DNA of 64,000 nt from Candidatus Obscuribacterales bacterium (GTDB taxonomy: Bacteria > Cyanobacteriota > Vampirovibrionia > Obscuribacterales > Obscuribacteraceae), in assembly GCA_965228855.1 (NCBI GenBank), contig CBDDIJ010000003.1, positions 1,376,001 to 1,440,000 of the forward strand, given 5' to 3'. Position numbers and translations under genes: made by a program. This document shows positions 60,740-64,000 of the stretch, piece by piece (the first letter of the stretch is position 1; every line of letters begins with the position of its first letter). The notes beneath the pieces are model-generated. The model was not told the origin of the DNA. It ran no database searches and saw only the letters and a program-made list of their open reading frames with translations.

Positions 60740-61402
60740 TCAATTTTTGCGTTGGTTTGCTTCTATCGTCAGCTTTTCTTCGGCTGACTCCAGTGAAATT
60801 TTTCCGCGGCGCACCAGCGATTGAAGTTTCAATGCGCGGATAACGGTTAATGGGTCGACCTTATGTTGTATCACCAGCACGCGGCCCAATGGCATGTCGT
60901 GTTCAGCTGCGGCTGCCAGCGCTTCTTCCAGCGAGTCGCTTGTAAGAACCATAGCCCCGACCAGCAGATCGCCGAGGCGCGCACTGGTACCTGCTTGATG
61001 AACGAAGCCTTCATCTTTGAGCTGACTCTCAAACAGAAGTCCTTCGAGTGTAGCTTCAGCTCTGTCTCTTACATAAGGATTTTGATCTTCGCAGAGTTTC
61101 TGAAGAATGTACGGCGGCAGTTCAAACTCTTCTGCCAGCGCGAGGCGCACATTTACGTCTTCGTCGCCAGCCAGAGCCTCCAATATTTCAAGCGGGACCA
61201 CTTTATTGTATGCCAGACTGGCCCTCACTTCCGGGTCGCTGTCTTTGCTCAGTCTGAACAGCAGTTCCTCTGGACTGGAAGGATTCTCGGCAAGACGTCT
61301 GCGAACATCCGAAGGCGCATTTTGATAGACGTCGCGTAAAACTTCCGGTGACTGCGCAGGATCACCGGCTGTAAGGAAATGATCGGAAAGGTACATTGCC
61401 AT
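60740..61402 (-). CDS. LRV/HEAT-like repeats fused to a MshEN-like domain
   Basis: VRRRLAENP, VRASLAYN and VRLALAE repeats, then RLGDLLV...PLGRVLV...ALKLQ. Confidence 0.75.
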   Translation of the reverse strand: MAMYLSDHFLTAGDPAQSPEVLRDVYQNAPSDVRRRLAENPSSPEELLFRLSKDSDPEVRASLAYNKVVPLEILEALAGDEDVNVRLALAEEFELPPYILQKLCEDQNPYVRDRAEATLEGLLFESQLKDEGFVHQAGTSARLGDLLVGAMVLTSDSLEEALAAAAEHDMPLGRVLVIQHKVDPLTVIRALKLQSLVRRGKISLESAEEKLTIEANQRKN

Positions 61403-61673
61403 ATCTCAGTTAATCTCCCCAAAAGATTGCAAACGAGAGGGCGAATCGGTGGACTCATTTCGATTATGCGATGCCGAGGCAAATTGATGGAATCACCCAA
61501 CCGAGTTACTGACGGGTGATTTTCAATAGTGCACCCTTGAATTCGAGTTTGGTATCATTTCGGTCGACGGATGCGACATCGTGGCTGTTGCGCGGTGACA
61601 TCGTTTCTAACTGTGCAAATTTAGCAACGTCCTTGTCGGGCGCGCAAAGATTATTAACCTGAGCGGAGTAGTT

Positions 61674-62813
61674 ATGACGGCAACTAAGGTCAAAAACGTG
61701 AACGTGTTAGTTGGAACAAGAAAAGGTGCATTCGTGTTGACGTCCGACACTGGACGAAAGGAATGGGAGCAATCCGAACCTATCTTTCTCGGACATATCA
61801 TTCACCACTTCGCCGCCGACACTAGAAAGGTTGGCGTGATGCTCATGGCTGCGAAAACGGGGCACCTTGGACCTACTGTCTTTCGCTCCACAGACGGTGG
61901 CGCGACCTGGACTGAAGCATCAAAACCGCCCGCGTTTGCTAAAGTCGAAGAGACGCCGGACGGCAAAAAGGGGCGCGTAGTCGAGCGCGTATTCTGGCTC
62001 ACCCAGGGGCATGACTCCCAGCCCGGAGTCTGGTATGCGGGAACTTCGCCCGCTGGTGTTTTTATCTCAAAAGATGATGGAGACAACTGGGAGCCGGTTG
62101 CCGGTTTTAACGATAACCCCATGTACGATCAATGGACGGAGGGCGCAACGCCTGACGGAGTATTTCTACATTCCATCCTGGTTGATCCACGCGATTCGAA
62201 TCATATGTATTTAGGAATCTCCATAGGTGGTTGCTTCGAAAGCACAGATGCTGGAGCCTCATGGAAGCCTTTAAACAAGGGTATCGAGGCCGAATGGATT
62301 CCGGATCCGACCGTCGAGTTCGGGCATGACCCGCACTGTATCGTCTATCACCCGGCTTCTCCCGATCGACTCTATCAGCAAAATCATTGCGGCATATATA
62401 AGATTGACCGCCCTTCCGATCAATGGATACGCATCGGTCGCAACATGCCGGAAGGTGTCGGCGACATCGGTTTTCCGATAGTTGTGCATCCAACGAACGT
62501 GGACACGGCCTGGGTATTTCCAATGGACGGAACAGAAGTTTGGCCGCGCACCAGCCCCGAGGGTAAGCCCGCCGCATATGTCACCACCAACGGTGGCGAC
62601 ACCTGGAAGAGACAGGACAAGGGACTTCCGAGCAAGCAGGCGTACCTCACGGTGAAACGTCAGGCAATGACTACGGACAAGCAAGACCCAGTTGGACTAT
62701 ATTTCGGCACCACCGGTGGTGAGGTATGGGCGAGCGCCGACGAAGGGGAAACTTGGGAGTGTATTGCAAGGCACCTTCCCGAGGTCTACTCTCTGACAGT
62801 GCAGGAAAATTGA
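61674..62813 (+). CDS. Cytoplasmic BNR/Asp-box beta-propeller protein
   Basis: VGTRKG start; Asp-boxes STDGGATW, SKDDGDNW, STDAGASW, TTNGGDTW and SADEGETW; QQNHCG. Confidence 0.85.
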   Translation: MTATKVKNVNVLVGTRKGAFVLTSDTGRKEWEQSEPIFLGHIIHHFAADTRKVGVMLMAAKTGHLGPTVFRSTDGGATWTEASKPPAFAKVEETPDGKKGRVVERVFWLTQGHDSQPGVWYAGTSPAGVFISKDDGDNWEPVAGFNDNPMYDQWTEGATPDGVFLHSILVDPRDSNHMYLGISIGGCFESTDAGASWKPLNKGIEAEWIPDPTVEFGHDPHCIVYHPASPDRLYQQNHCGIYKIDRPSDQWIRIGRNMPEGVGDIGFPIVVHPTNVDTAWVFPMDGTEVWPRTSPEGKPAAYVTTNGGDTWKRQDKGLPSKQAYLTVKRQAMTTDKQDPVGLYFGTTGGEVWASADEGETWECIARHLPEVYSLTVQEN

Positions 62814-62814
62814 T

Positions 62815-63075
62815 ATGAAAGTTCGAATTCCGAGTCCGTTGAGATCGTACACGAAGCAGCAGAGTGAAGTTGCTGGCAGTGGCTCTTCATTATGGGAGGT
62901 CCTTGCAGACCTGGACAAGAATTATCCTGGAATACGCTTTCGCATGATTGACGAGCAAGACGGAATCCGCCAGCACATCAAATTCTTCGTGAACAACGAA
63001 GAAACCGAAAAACTCGATGTGCCGGTTGCAGAAACCGATACTGTGCATATCATCTGTGCACTCAGTGGTGGTTAG
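62815..63075 (+). CDS. MoaD/ThiS family ubiquitin-like protein
   Basis: IPSPLRSYT, FFVN and C-terminal ALSGG. Confidence 0.9.
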   Translation: MKVRIPSPLRSYTKQQSEVAGSGSSLWEVLADLDKNYPGIRFRMIDEQDGIRQHIKFFVNNEETEKLDVPVAETDTVHIICALSGG

Positions 63076-63136
63076 AGGCGCTCAAGCATTTTGCTTTCAA
63101 GCTCTACAATGAGCGATCCAGGGTTACCTGCGTGGG

Positions 63137-64000
63137 TTAATATTTCGGAATGGTCGAATCAACTTTGTCAGACCATTCGAGAATGCCACCGCGCACGTTT
63201 CTCAGGCTCGTAAAGCCGTTCTGTTTCAAATATTCGACCGCATTCCTGCTGCGCGCACCGGATCTGCAGTAGATGTAGGTTTCCGCGTTCTTATCTAATT
63301 CGTTAAAGCGGGTCGGCAGCTCGTTCAATGGAATATGCTTAGAGCCTTCAATTTTGCAAAACGCAACTTCGTTATCATTGCGAACATCGAGAAGCAAAAT
63401 CTCGTCTGCTCGTTCTTTCAAAATTTTTGCGACGTCTACTACGTCAATGTCGGAACCGTGCATGTCACCACCTGTAGTGCTAGCTCTTTCAACCGGATTC
63501 GCGCAAGAGATGGACAGGTCTGCCGGTCGAGTAATGGTCGGCTGCTCTCCGCAGACCGGGCAATCGCGCTTGCGTTTTATCGCTAGCTTCTGAAAGTCCA
63601 TATCCAGCGCGTTGTAGAGTAGTAGTTTACCAATAAGCGGCTGTCCTTCCCCTAGAATTAGTTTAACGGCTTCGGTCGCTTGCAAGGTGCCGATCACGCC
63701 AGCCAGAACGCCCAACACACCGCCTTCTGCGCAATTCGGTACCGCGTCCGGCGCGGGCGGTACTGGAAATAGGCAGCGATAGCAGGGACCTGTGGTTGTG
63801 CAAAAAACACTGAGCTGTCCTTCGAAACGAAAAATCGAGCCGTACACGTTCGGCTTGGATGACAAAACGCAGGCGTCGTTAATCAAATACCGCGTCTCGA
63901 AGTTGTCCGTCCCATCTACAACCAGGTCGTAGTCCGCTAAAGTCTCCATCACGTTCGCTGCTGAAAGCCGAATCTTGTGACTGCTAATCTCAATCTCCGG
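63137..64000 (-). CDS. moeB: MoeB/MoeZ E1-like adenylyltransferase-rhodanese fusion (partial, start beyond the right edge)
   Basis: DGTDNFETRY, CYRC, PNCAEGGVLG and CPVC, then rhodanese LLDVR and CRSGARS; frame open to 64000. Confidence 0.92.
   Translation of the reverse strand, partial: PEIEISSHKIRLSAANVMETLADYDLVVDGTDNFETRYLINDACVLSSKPNVYGSIFRFEGQLSVFCTTTGPCYRCLFPVPPAPDAVPNCAEGGVLGVLAGVIGTLQATEAVKLILGEGQPLIGKLLLYNALDMDFQKLAIKRKRDCPVCGEQPTITRPADLSISCANPVERASTTGGDMHGSDIDVVDVAKILKERADEILLLDVRNDNEVAFCKIEGSKHIPLNELPTRFNELDKNAETYIYCRSGARSRNAVEYLKQNGFTSLRNVRGGILEWSDKVDSTIPKY

Noticed and set aside
61491..61521. AATCACCC/GGGTGATT inverted repeat
   Set aside because: Single 8-bp inverted repeat with no second copy noticed in the window and no assignable role.
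1..64000. CRISPR array, prophage, IS element, reverse transcriptase or known defence system
   Set aside because: No spaced direct-repeat array and no integrase, transposase, RT or nuclease motifs recognised by eye.

Overview
Gene-dense bacterial chromosomal window (roughly 50% GC by eye) with about 53 CDSs, two of them truncated by the window edges. I saw no rRNA, tRNA, CRISPR array, phage or transposase. The content includes a cyanobacterial-type DUF3370, a Lon N-domain protein, many TPR proteins, MshEN-like repeats, Tad pseudopilins, an exported caspase-like protein, and xfp plus ackA. This suggests a non-photosynthetic cyanobacterial relative (Vampirovibrionia/Melainabacteria, Obscuribacterales-like), which is an inference. 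Best leads: (1) a ~320-nt highly base-paired intergenic segment directly upstream of a Ro60/TROVE-like vWA gene that is coupled to an amidase; (2) a 1201-aa PilB/GspE relative with no ATPase domain and a ~900-aa acidic linker carrying repeated basic-SLF-(D/E)n-LF motifs; (3) a candidate raiA-motif-like RNA upstream of an HPF/RaiA-CSD gene; (4) three different MshEN-like fusions plus a Tad pseudopilin cluster; (5) an Asp-box propeller-MoaD pair facing a MoeZ gene; (6) a probable frameshifted gene with a degenerate papain-like triad. All family calls are by motif recognition; no searches were run.
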